Below, one piece after another: positions 53,280 to 64,000 of a stretch of 64,000 nucleotides of DNA. Source of the stretch: Basidiobolus meristosporus CBS 931.73 (lineage: Eukaryota > Fungi > Basidiobolomycota). The translations under genes were made by a program, and so were the position numbers. The stretch is taken from contig MCFE01000252.1 in NCBI GenBank assembly GCA_002104905.1, positions 49,697 to 113,696 on the forward strand, given 5' to 3'. Positions within the stretch are counted from its first letter, which is position 1. The number at the start of each line of letters is the position of its first letter. The notes under the pieces were generated by a model that was given only the letters and a program-made list of their open reading frames with translations, was not told the origin of the DNA and searched no databases.

Positions 53280-54760
53280 TTAGCAGTGTAGAATATATGT
53301 TGGCGTTTTTTGGCTCACAGCTCTAGTTGCACACAAAGCCAATGCTAGAAACCCTTCCCAAATTCGTATATAAACATGTAAATAATTAGGCGCTCTAGTT
53401 TAAATCTATCCTTACCATTAGCATGTAATGCGCATCAACCACGGTTGCTGCAAACAATAATCCGCTTAACCCAGAGTCCTTCGACCAGATCAGTTTTGGA
53501 ACACCACATCTCGTCTCATTTGCTCAAATAAACCCAATGATCAGAATACCACACAATTGACGATTCAGAATGAATCAAACCATGTGCAAAATGTTTAGTA
53601 GCGAAAAATGCACTCCATTACTAAACATCTTCCAAGCAAGGTTTGCCAATTCAATGCACGTAATTATTCACGCAGTGATTTCGCCCTTGGTCGGTGCCTT
53701 TTGAAACCATTTTATCGATTGTTTACAATTTTCATGATCCTAAAGTTGTTCAAAACACCGTCAAAAACGTACACATCTTTCCACGGCCTCTTACATTGTA
53801 TTTGGCGCTGCTGATCACATGGAAGCATGTCTTGACTGGTGCATTTGCGAATCAACCCTATTCCCATTCATGGCAAAAAAAGTCGAAGGTACTCTAATGT
53901 GTGCAACAAATACTTAGAATTGAATGGTTTAATATCTATAGTATTTAACATTTGCTTGACCATTACTTTACTAATACATGTCTAATCTAAGATCCAGGCG
54001 TTGTTGCTACATTTTCGGTAATCTAGGGAGACTAGAGGGTTTGTATGGTATTTACTTGTTGGATTGCTCAGTTGAAATCAAGTATCAATACGTATCGTAA
54101 AACTGCATCAAGTATAACGAACGGTGTGAGGAATATTCCAGAATATCATGTGCTATGTTCGGGGTCAGTTGGACAAGTCTGAAGGATTTGATTATACCAA
54201 GGTGCTCTACTGATTTGGAAAGCTCGTATATGTATTTGCAAACTAGCTCGTAGGTTAAAATTCTATATTGAGGCTATTATCCAAGTGGTTAATCCCGATA
54301 TATGGATATTATCGGCGCCAAACGAAATAATCACAACAGATACATGCTTGGGAAGAAAATATAACGTTGTTTGCTCGAGTAGGGGTATTATGGGGATATT
54401 AATCCGCTGCATACTCTGTTCGTTGATGGATGGAAACAAGCCAACAAATACTCGATAGGGTGCTTTACGGGTAGGCACCAGTTTATTCCAGATATTCATC
54501 CGTCATCCATAAAATACATGCATACGACTAACCACGATGATCTTAATAATCAGAAAAACCCTTGGTCATTCAATAGAGGCACCCCAATTAATAATAATCG
54601 CGAGAGTACAAGCCACCATTTTAAACAATCCAAATCTAATTGATGTCCTCTCCAGCAAATTAATCCAATCACGTCTAATTCGTTCTTGTGCTTCATCTTG
54701 CATATTTAGCTGTAGCATTATCAGACAGAAATTATTGATAGAAAACTGTCGCAAGTTACG

Positions 54761-56509
54761 ATGTTCAACCTTCAGGAGATAGTAAACGCTTTGAAAAGTT
54801 CGCTATCTACAGAGTTACAAGAAATCATCATTTTCCATGTTGGTGATGCAGTTCTATATTTCAACTTTTTCGAAAAGCCTGGTAGCCATTTTGAAGCATT
54901 GGTGATCTCTCAGGGTGGGCCAGGTTTCGTTTTGGAAAAAGCTATCAGGATGCGTCAGAAGCGGTTGATACAGTGGCTTCTAGCTACGGTAAGTTTCCCA
55001 ATAGACTACCTACTTGCAAGTGCGGTCTTTTATGGCGACCTAGGCATGCTGTCGTACTTTATTGGTTTGATCGGAGAAGACTACAAGGAGTATGACACAC
55101 CAGCAAGGCTCCTTTGCATACTGCAAGGAAAACTACCCTTACTGGAATACTTGTTCCAGAGGAACCCCACTTTTCAACAAACCCAGCATCCAGCTAAATG
55201 CGTTCATAATTGTTTACTTGCTGGAATCTCGAGCTCAAGCAAGATACACTCATGGTATCTGAGAAATCAACGCTTTTTGCCAGCAATACGAAAAGAAGAC
55301 CGCATAAAAGCATATCTCCAGAATGACAACGTCGCTGGGGCCATAGAACTTGTTGGTAATCGAAGGCTTACAGTATTGAAGAAAGCCTTAAGAACAGCCC
55401 CTTTGGGTTCAGAAGAGACATATCGAAGACTAATGCACAAATATACTGGTGAAGCAAATGTCTTAACGTTGGTTACTAGAGCATGTGTAAGGTTGGGATA
55501 TATTGACACTCTTGAGATTTTGTTCAATTCGCCATACAACGTACATGTGGAGTACGATTTCTTTTCGGCCATTCCCAGTCTTGCTGTAGTGCAAGTCCTG
55601 CATAAGTATGCGTATCAACGGAACAGCATTTCCTGCTTGTTAACTAATGGTCGTATCGGAAAAGTCAAGGCTCACTTGGCTACCTACCAGACTTCCAAAT
55701 GCTATCAAAAGCTACTAAAGACCTTCACCAAATCAGAGGATAGCAATATCGAAAAGTCGCATCCTCATCGGGCACGACAGCAATCGGAAGATGTATTGCT
55801 ATTTCTGGTAGACCTGGCCGAAGTAACCTCGAGTGCTCGTCAGCTAAAGGAATATATCTTCTATGGAATTGAATGTGGGCATCTGCGACTTCTCAAGAGA
55901 TTGATCCCGTTTCTAAGGGAGAGAGATAAGCAAAATATCACGCAGGTGATAGTGGGAACGGATGCGAACAACATCACAAATATGGCGTATCCAAACATAT
56001 ATCGAAGCCAACAATCACAGGTAGTGGAGTATCTCTTTGGATTAGGAATCACCCAGACAACACACCTTTCTCAATTGATACGTTGGTCGGACATGAGTTT
56101 CATTCAGGACCTTGTAGAGAAAGGCCTGGTAAGAGATGGCAGTTGGAATATAGTTGAATGGAACCTGGAAACAAAGAAGAAGGTGGCAGATGACATATTC
56201 TGGCACATTTGTTGGCGCCCCTTTCCTTGGTACCGGAGTGAAACCGACTACCTCATGAATTTAATCAACTCAACAATGGATACGGTTCATTACCGCGAGA
56301 GGTTTTGCACACTGCGAAACCCTACGCCCAGACCTATTTCTTTTTCTAGTTCCACTGAGTTTTCTGTGAGAGTTTTAAGAACCAGCGAGTTTCTCATCTT
56401 TATGCAATCTAACCCAAAATATTGGGCTATGAGCCCAAATGGATTTATCGGTGACATTAAGTCATTGCTGAGGGTAACAAACATATGCTTACTACTCGGT
56501 AATGCATAA
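54761..56509 (+). CDS. Intronless 582-aa protein with degenerate ankyrin-like repeats
   Basis: Uninterrupted ORF from a true ATG; motifs ASAVFYGDLGML, RACVRLGYIDTLEIL and GIECGHLRLLKRL. Confidence 0.7.
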   Translation: MFNLQEIVNALKSSLSTELQEIIIFHVGDAVLYFNFFEKPGSHFEALVISQGGPGFVLEKAIRMRQKRLIQWLLATVSFPIDYLLASAVFYGDLGMLSYFIGLIGEDYKEYDTPARLLCILQGKLPLLEYLFQRNPTFQQTQHPAKCVHNCLLAGISSSSKIHSWYLRNQRFLPAIRKEDRIKAYLQNDNVAGAIELVGNRRLTVLKKALRTAPLGSEETYRRLMHKYTGEANVLTLVTRACVRLGYIDTLEILFNSPYNVHVEYDFFSAIPSLAVVQVLHKYAYQRNSISCLLTNGRIGKVKAHLATYQTSKCYQKLLKTFTKSEDSNIEKSHPHRARQQSEDVLLFLVDLAEVTSSARQLKEYIFYGIECGHLRLLKRLIPFLRERDKQNITQVIVGTDANNITNMAYPNIYRSQQSQVVEYLFGLGITQTTHLSQLIRWSDMSFIQDLVEKGLVRDGSWNIVEWNLETKKKVADDIFWHICWRPFPWYRSETDYLMNLINSTMDTVHYRERFCTLRNPTPRPISFSSSTEFSVRVLRTSEFLIFMQSNPKYWAMSPNGFIGDIKSLLRVTNICLLLGNA

Positions 56510-56605
56510 AGTTGTTATGAATCATCGAAGTGCTCTATTTGTTAGTAATCAATCTATTTACCATTCTGATGCTGACAACTTCTATATAAATTTCATGTTT
56601 GTATG

Positions 56606-57150
56606 TGTTGTAAGAGTTTTGGTGATATTGGAAGTGATTGGGAGAACAAGTGGATTATGAATTTTTGTTGTAAATTTCTTAATTTCACCTAAACATTCAC
56701 CTAACTTGATCACTTAGATCATTACCTACAAATCTTGGAGATTTCTGACTAAATTCCTTGTTGGCATTTACCTAGGATATTTTCACCAAAGCATCAGGTA
56801 CCTAGTGCTGTAAGAGTCTTGGAGATATTGGAAGCAATTTGGAGAATAAGTAGAATAGGTGGTTTTCACTTAATGATTTATTGAATGTAAAAGAAGTGTT
56901 GATACTTTTACATGGTCTTGACAAAAGCATGTAAAATATGTTTAGGAAGGTCCCAAGAACATGTGCGCAGAGTTTGGGGCTGTTTGGACAACTTTGAGAA
57001 TTTTCATGTTCTGGGTACCTGATGTTTGGTAAAAATATTCCAAGTAAATCCCAACAAGGAATTTGGTTGGTATTCTCTAAGATCTGTATGTATTGATCCA
57101 AGTGACCAAGTTGGGTGAATATTTAGGAGGAATTGTAAATTTTTACAACA
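56606..57150. repeat. Nested copia LTR fragments: minus 3' end 56606-56665, plus 5' part 56666-56795, full minus LTR 56796-57150
   Basis: All match the ~350-bp LTR; a decayed PPT-like agttgagtaagaa precedes the minus LTR on its own strand. Confidence 0.85.
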
Positions 57151-57167
57151 TTCTTACTCAACTAAAT

Positions 57168-58610
57168 CCCTATGAACAACAATTAGGTCATGTAGGTGGA
57201 TCCGATCCAGATCAGCCATCAGGATCCCACAATGAGGCCTTCATAATGCCAGTAGCTTAGAATTTTTGACCCTCTACACAATCTTATGGTGGGATTGTGA
57301 CTGTTTATTGCTGAATTTACTGCCAAATAAAGTTAAAAACTTGACAGTATTGAAGCAATCCTCAGACAAGAGTTGCTTGGCATTCCAATGGTCTTAATGC
57401 ACTCTACATATATTTGCATGGACGTAACTGTCCAATACATCCAATTGCCTTATATGACAAGAAGCTTGACAGAGTTCTGATGGCCTCATTGCAGACCTCT
57501 GCTGACATTATACTGGCAGTATAGCAGCCTACAGCTAGTTCTGTATAAAGCTATCATACTAATTTACCAAATGGTATTTTCTTTTTCAAGCCCCCCTTGC
57601 ACAATTCATATATTCCACTGTAGAGTCACCCCACTTTTTTGCTTACCCACTACTACCTTAGGTATTCCATGTTGTAAAAATTTGTATTTCCACCTAAATA
57701 TTCACCTAACTTAGTCACTTAGATCATTACCTTCAAATCCTAGAGAATACTGACCAAATTCCTTGTCGGGATTTACTTAGAATATTTTCACCAAAATACC
57801 AGGTACCCAGAAAATGAATATTCTCAAAGTTGTCCAAACAGCCCCAAACTTTGCACACATGTTCTTGGGACCTTCCTTAGCCTATTCTACGTGTTTGTAA
57901 TGCCAAGATCAGGTAAAAGTATAAATACTACTTTTACATTCAATAAATCATTAAGTGAAAACCACATAATCTACTTGTTCTCCCAATCACTTCCAATATC
58001 TCCAAGACTCTTACAACATTCCACATATAGTTCAAATCAAAAAAGACTATGGCCTCCTGCTTACTAACCTTAACATACATGCAAACCCACTGGAATTGAT
58101 ACACTTCTCTCACCTCAACTTTACAGCTTCTTAGTGCAATACTTGCAAAGTTGCCATATACCTTGATTGCTGGTAACATATACTTCTTGCAAACATATGC
58201 TGGGCTGCCACCACTTCTACCATGAATACCTCCTGAATATTGACAAAGAACTTTGTAGTATTTAGCCAATATATTCCTTCTCCCTTCTGGATTCTAGTCC
58301 CCCTTATAGGTGCACTATGGCTCTTGTTTGTGTGAATTCTGTATTGAATGGTGTAGAAATTGGCTTGTGACTAAGAGGAAGCTGGCATACCTTGGCAGAG
58401 TTTTCCTAATAAAAATTAGCTGCTTGTAGCACCCAACCCAACTTTGCATTACTCACCTGATTACCCATGCATTGGGGCTACTTAGCTGCTTAATGCCATG
58501 GGCATAGTTGTCTCCATGTGCACATATATCCTCAGTATTATCCAACACTTCCTGGCTGCCCTCCAGGTGCCAACTCATCACATCTATGACAGACTTGAAG
58601 GAAATATTCT
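57168..58610. repeat. Family B copy 2, interrupted by a solo LTR
   Basis: Collinear with 3636-4720 once 57670-58023 is removed. Confidence 0.75.
57670..58018 (+). mobile_element. Solo copia LTR with perfect 5-bp TSD TTCCA
   Basis: ggtaTTCCA|TGTTGTAA...TTACAACA|TTCCAcatatag; empty site ggtattccacatatag near 4131. Confidence 0.93.
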
Positions 58611-58782
58611 TGATGGGATTGGGATATGGTAGTACTTGCAACTTGACTTGTCTTCCTATCTCCCCACACATCTGCTCCATAGGAAACTCCCAAAAGGTGA
58701 AGCAAAGTCATATATTCTGTACACACTGTGCAAGATGGAGGGTTAGGGGGAGGGAAAGTCACCAAGTTAATGAAATCTTTAT

Positions 58783-60694
58783 AGGGGGGAGACAGTCACC
58801 AACAGGTGAAATCTTTATTTCAGTTGAAGCAAAGAAGCCGGAGCTACTTTTGTATCTTTGATACAAGAGTGTGTAGCTGAGGGGAATTTGTAGGTAAGTG
58901 AATAAGGAGAGATGATAGTTTTTCTGTACTCAAGACACAGTTCAGTGGGAAGAGGGGTAGCAAGAGAGGTAAGAATGACTTGTGAACAACATTAATAAGG
59001 GGAATGTGATAAGGATTGATATTCATCATAAAGGGAGTGTGCTGCTGCAGATATTGCTGCCAAAGGTCTGTCAAGTACTTCAGGTAGGCCAGCTTGGGTT
59101 TTTCTGACTGCAGAATATAGTGTGCAAACTTCTTGACTTCAGGATCTCCAAGTATAGTTCTCCAGCAGGAGCCAGGCTTAGTGTGGTGTGTTCTCTTTCA
59201 GGCCTTGATCAGTGGGTTGTTGCAGTGGTGAAGTCTGAGATATAACCTGGTTCAAAGATAGAGAAGTCTGATCTTATAGTGCATAAGCCCAAAAGCACCA
59301 AGAATAGCATGCCTGTAGGGGCATTCAGGCAGATGAGGCACCAAGGAGGTAATGCGCCATACTACAAACTTGTCAAGCTTAGTGCAGTTTCTAGAAGCAA
59401 GAGAGAGAAGTGGTAAGCCAAATTCCAGGACAGGGAAGACAAACTGCTTGAGTAGAAGGAGGCAGCTGGGAGCTGAAGTTGTAGAGGAGTAACAGCCAGC
59501 AGCTTGTGTAGTGCCTGTCTTGCCAGGATATTTTCTTCTTCTGGTGTGCCCCAGAGTCTAGTCCAGTAGGAAGGAAAGGAAAGCCAAGATATATAGCAGA
59601 GACCTGAGCAGGTAGAGTGCAGTTGTCTAAGTTGATACAACAACCCAAAGGTACTCTCTTTGCAATGGAAAGTTGGAGATTACTCTTCTGCAGATACTGG
59701 TGGATGGCCTGGGAGTCTTGTTGCACATTGGAGGAGGATGCTCTGATGTCATCAGCAAAGAGAGTAACCAGGCAGTCAGCTGAGAGTCTTGAGAAATTAT
59801 TCAGGAAGATGGCAAACAGTGCAGGACCAAGCACAGAGCCTTGAACCACTCCATTAGGAACTGAGAACACAGCTGATTGCTCACTTGGGTGCAGAATTCT
59901 TGCTTTAGGATCCAGAAACTGAGACCTGACAAGGAGGGCAAGAGAGGTACTGCAGAAGCATTGCCGCTTGGACCATAGCAAATTTCTATCAACTGAATCA
60001 AAAGCCTTAGTAATATCAAACAGAACAGAGGGATACTTGCACTGTAGAGAGTGATCTTGACTCAGTATGACTGCATATTCCAAGGAGAGGCCAGGAACAA
60101 AGCCAAACTGTGCAGGGTGAAGCTTGAGGGAGTCAGAGTAGAGCTTGTGAGCAAGCAGAAGCTCAAACACCGTTCTGCAGGTGGGCAGCAGAGATGTTGG
60201 CCTGTAGGAGCTAGGATCCAGGTGCTTTCCTTTACCCTTTTACAACAGCAGAACATTAGCAAAGGACCATTCTTCAGGAGTAGAAAGCTGAGCTGAGTAT
60301 TGCTGAAACAGTGGAAGCAGAAGAGCAGACATGGCCTTGGTACTAGTCTTCAGAAGCTCATAGGAGATTGTGTCCACACCTGGAGCAGTAGAGTTGGGAG
60401 GCCTCTTGAGCACATTCTAGGTTCTCTCTTGATCAAGTGCAAGTGGGATTGGCAGAGTCTTGAAGTCAGGATGAAAGTCAGGAGTTGAATACTGCCTTGT
60501 AGAGAAGAAGATGTTAGCCAGCTGTTCTGTTGAAGGTAACTTCCTGGAGGAGGGCCTTGTTGCCCTGTAGAGTCTTGAAACTGTTCTTGTTATAGAGTTG
60601 GAAGATTGCAGAGGCAAAGAGCTCATAATATGGTCCCAGAGCTGAGTATGCAGAGTGTGGTGAATTGCCTTGGAGTGGTGTATGGCTGTCAGGA
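58783..60694 (-). mobile_element. 5'-truncated, frameshifted LINE (family C, copy 1)
   Basis: RT motifs QFGF, DITKAFD, GVVQGSVLGP and FADD; close paralogue of 62285-64000. Confidence 0.9.
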
Positions 60695-60880
60695 GGAGGG
60701 TTGGGGGAGGGAAAGTCACCAAGGTAGGTGAAATCTTTATTTGATTTCAGACAAGTCTAACTACAAATATAGAAGCCAGCTGGGAATAGAAGATTCCCAA
60801 GGTAAAAACTAAGTTGAATATGAATAAATCTAAGCTAAAGTTAAGGCAGTATCCCAGAGTACACTGGAGTTCAGGTTCAT
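60695..60880 (-). mobile_element. Very short 5'-truncated LINE-related fragment (ORF end plus tail)
   Basis: Carries the shared tail; PMNLNSSVL resembles the family C end PFPLNSVL. Confidence 0.55.
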
Positions 60881-61560
60881 GGGGGAGTTAGGTGAGGGAA
60901 AGTCACCAAGTTGGTGAAATCTTTATTTGAGTTAAGAACTAATTTAAGTACAAATAAAGAAGCCAATTAAGAGGTCTAGAACCTCTCTAATAAGTAACCT
61001 AATTTATGTTTTGTTTCATCTCTAATGTTTGTTTCAATAAAGTAAAGCTCATCAGGGGTAAATATAAAATTCAGGGGTTTTGGGGGAAGTACAAATTGTA
61101 GATGTTTCTGATCAATATAATCCAGGACTGGAACCCAGCCTGGGATTGGGTGTAGTAGGAAAGGTGTTTGGACTAGTAAGTAGCTCTGCCACATAGATCT
61201 TAGATGGTCCTGAGCCAGTAGTCTTGGTTTCTCAGCTTTTTGAAGTTTTGAAGCAAGCTCTGTTACTACAGCAGAGCCAACCAGGGTGTGCCAGCAAGAA
61301 GATTTCAGGGAGGAGTTAGATTTAAGCCATTGTTTGATGGAGGGGTTATGTGATTTCTGAAGTATGACTAGGAAGGAAGCATGGAGATAGACCATTTGGA
61401 TTTGGTATGGGTAGAACCCAAAGGCTCCATTAGTTGCAAGGATATAGGGAGATACTGGAAGATAAGGTACCAAGGATCTGATACACTGATGGAGAAATTT
61501 ATCCAGGTGGTGAAGTTCTCTGGAGGTTAGGGGTATAATGTGGAGACCAAATTCAAGCAC
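60881..61560 (-). mobile_element. 5'-truncated LINE of a divergent sister family (D)
   Basis: ORF 60976-61560 aligns with the post-RT region of family C (LEFGL...LTSR...LDKF...SLVP.LP...GAFGF.PY); shares the tail. Confidence 0.8.
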
Positions 61561-61566
61561 TTAGGG

Positions 61567-62284
61567 TGTAGGTGTTATAGTAAGGGCTAGGAAAAGGTTA
61601 GAAGAGCAGGGGGTCTGGGGGACACAGTCCCCTAGAGAATAAAAAAGCAGGGGGTTTGGGGGATGCAATCCCCCATACTGCTCCCATACTCTTTAAATTC
61701 CCTTTGGATTACTTTTCGCTCATTCTTGGTTCTGGTCCCTTAGGGTTAGAATTCCTCCTCCTAACCCTTATCACCCTAACCATAAATATTTTTACCCTAC
61801 AACTGGCACATTGTCTGCTCATATAGTGGGCATGTCTAGGCTGATATTTGTCTCCCTACACATTCTCTATGCTCTGTATAGGTCTTGATGATTATTTATT
61901 TAATAAAATGTAACTTTTGATGCTATAAATAATAATATATGGGAATCATCCCAATCTGGCCAGAATCTCATATTTTAATAAGCTTTGGGCAACAAAAATT
62001 GCGCGGCCCTAATATGATAAAAAAATTTATGGCCATTGCAAATTTTCTGTAACCAAAGTGCTTTTACTAAATTCAAAGTGTATCCCAAGTTCAATACAAT
62101 TTATAGCTGTAATAGAAACTTCATTTGACACCATCGCAACTACTACATGTGTTCCATGTGCACATGTATCCTGCAGGAATTGTAAAAACCTAGCCGTGCA
62201 GTACAAAAGTGCTTTTATTTTTCATCATGCTAGTTTTCATGAGTTCCTAACGCACTTCCAAAGTACGCAGTAACCATACCCCAA
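61567..62284. other. ~720-bp non-coding segment flanked by the 9-bp direct repeat CACTTAGGG
   Basis: Repeat at 61558-61566 and 62285-62293; two G-rich hairpins near the left end; AT-rich body. Confidence 0.5.
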
Positions 62285-64000
62285 CACTTAGGGGGGGGGA
62301 GACAGTCACCAACAGGTGAAATCTTTATTTCAGTTGAAACAAAGAAGCCAGCGCTACTGTTGTAGCTTTGATACAAGAGTATGTAGCTGAGGGGAATTTG
62401 TAGGTAAGTTAATAAGAAGTGATGATAGTTCTTCAGTGCTCAAGACACTGTTCAGTGGGAAGGGGGGTAGCAAGAGAGGTAAGAATGACTTGTGAACAAC
62501 ATTAATGAGGGGAATGTGATAAGGATTGATATTCATCATAAAGGGAGTGTGCTGCTGCAGATATTGCTGCCAAAGGTCTGTCAAGTACTTCAGGTAGGCC
62601 AGCTTGGGTTTTTCTGACTGCAGAATATAGTGAGCAAACTTCTTGACTTCAGGATCTCCAAGTATAGTTCTCCAGCAGGAGCCAGGTGTTGTGTGGTGTG
62701 TTCTCTTCCAGGCCTTAATCAGTGGGTTGTTGCAGTTGTGAAGTCTGAGGTATAATCTGGTTCTAAGGTAGAGAAGTCTGATCTTATAGGGCATAAACCC
62801 AAAAGCACCAAGAATAGCATGTCTGTAGGGGCATTCAGGCAAATGAGGCACCAAGGAGGTAATGCACCATACTGCAAACTTGTCAAGCTTAGTGCAGTCT
62901 CTAGAAGTAAGAGAGAGAAGTGGTAAGCCAAATTCCAGGACAGGGAAGACAAACTGCTTGAGTAGAAGGAGGCAGCTGGGAGCTGAAGTTGTAGGAGGAG
63001 TAACAGCCAGTAGCTTGTGGAGTGCCTGTCTTGCCAGGATAATTCTCTTCTTCAGGTGTGCTCCAGAGTCTAGTCCAGTAGGAAGGAAAGGAAAGCCAAG
63101 ATATGTAGCAGAAACCTGAGCAGGTAGAGTGGAGTTCTCCAAGTTGATGGGAGAGCCCAAAGGTACTGTCTTTGCAATGGAAAGCTGGAGATTATTCTTC
63201 TGCAGATACTGGTGGATGGTCTGGGAGTCTTGTTGCACATTGGAGGAGGATATTCTGATGTCATCAGCAAAGAGAGTAACCAGGCAGTCAGCTGAGAGTC
63301 TTGGGAAATCATTCAGGAAGATGGCAAACAGTATAGGACCAAGCACAGAGCCTTGAACCACTCCATTAGGAACTGAGAACACAGCTGATTGCTCACTTGG
63401 GTGCAGAATTCTTGCTTGTGGATCCAGAAACAGAGACCTGACAAGGAGGGTGAGAGAGGTACTGGAGAAGCATTGCAACTTGGACCAAAGCAGATTTCTG
63501 TCAACTGAATCAAAGGCCTTAGTAATATCAAACAGAACAGAGGGATACTTGCACTGAAGAGAGTGATCTTGGCTAAGTATGACTGCATATTCCAAGGAGA
63601 GGCCAGGAACAAAGCCAAACTGTGCAGGATGAAACTTGAGAGAGTCAGAGTAGAGCTCCTGAGCAAGCAGAAGCTCAAACACCTTTTGGCAGGTGGGCAG
63701 CAGAGATATTGGCCTGTAGGAGCTAGGATCCAGGTGCTTTCCTTTACCCTTGTACAGTGGCAGAACATTTGCAAAGGACCATTCCTCAGGAGTAGAAAGC
63801 TGGGCTGAGCATTGCTGAAACAGTGGAAGCAGAAGTGCAGACATGGCCTTGGTACTAGTCTTCAGAAGCTCATAGGAGATTGTGTCCACACCTGGAGCAG
63901 TAGAGTTGGGAAGCCTCTTGAGCACATTATGGATTCTCCTTTGATCAAGTGCAAGTGGGATGGGCAGAGTCTGGAAGTCAGGATGAAAGCCAGGAGTTGA
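62285..64000 (-). mobile_element. LINE family C copy 2 with an uninterrupted RT ORF running off the window edge
   Basis: APGVD, YRPISLL, QFGF, KAFDSV, GVVQGSVLGP, FADD and YLG; frame open from 64000 to the stop at 62354. Confidence 0.95.

Noticed and set aside
56606-56795. Inverted 60-bp LTR end read as a long terminal inverted repeat of a DIRS/MITE-like element
   Set aside because: At 2324 the same inverted piece continues into a PBS and gag, and its other half resumes at 6553, so nesting explains it.
58737-62335. Repeated ~40-nt hairpin motif as a CRISPR-like array or Penelope pseudo-LTR
   Set aside because: Spacing is irregular (tens of bp to 1.9 kb), intervening DNA encodes LINE-type RT, and no cas or GIY-YIG gene is present.
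59362-64000. Numerous 60-150 aa ORFs overlapping the LINEs on both strands
   Set aside because: They are shadow frames of the RT ORF, duplicated only because the element is duplicated.

Overview
Eukaryotic, intron-rich fungal DNA, probably from a non-Dikarya lineage. This is inferred from RPL23, a CBM19-type chitinase, many short GT-AG introns and a full-length E3BP; the species cannot be fixed from the window. A gene island of about 49 kb (roughly 7.5-56.5 kb) lies between two CpG-depleted retrotransposon piles. Left pile (1-7.45 kb): a Ty3/gypsy-like gag-protease end and a multi-level nest of one Ty1/copia family with a ~350-bp LTR and a half-tRNA-iMet primer site. Gene island: GH18 chitinase, type II NADH dehydrogenase, 2H phosphoesterase, MLRQ/B12D-like protein, TAF14, a crotonase-fold fusion with Cys-Pro repeats, TALE homeobox, RPL23, PDH E3-binding protein, GH16 glucanase, esterase, 2-hydroxyacid dehydrogenase, RPC3, a small secreted Lys-rich protein, Hos1/HDAC8-like deacetylase, NMNAT, a J-domain protein, an intronless ankyrin-like ORF and several unassigned genes. 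Right pile (56.6-64 kb): more of the same copia LTRs plus a head-to-tail stack of LINEs sharing a 3' stem-loop tail that ends in CCCTAA-like sequence. Best leads: apparent self-targeting in both the copia and LINE families, the cationic secreted protein and the Cys-Pro fusion protein. Exon boundaries were read by eye and unassigned gene models are low confidence.
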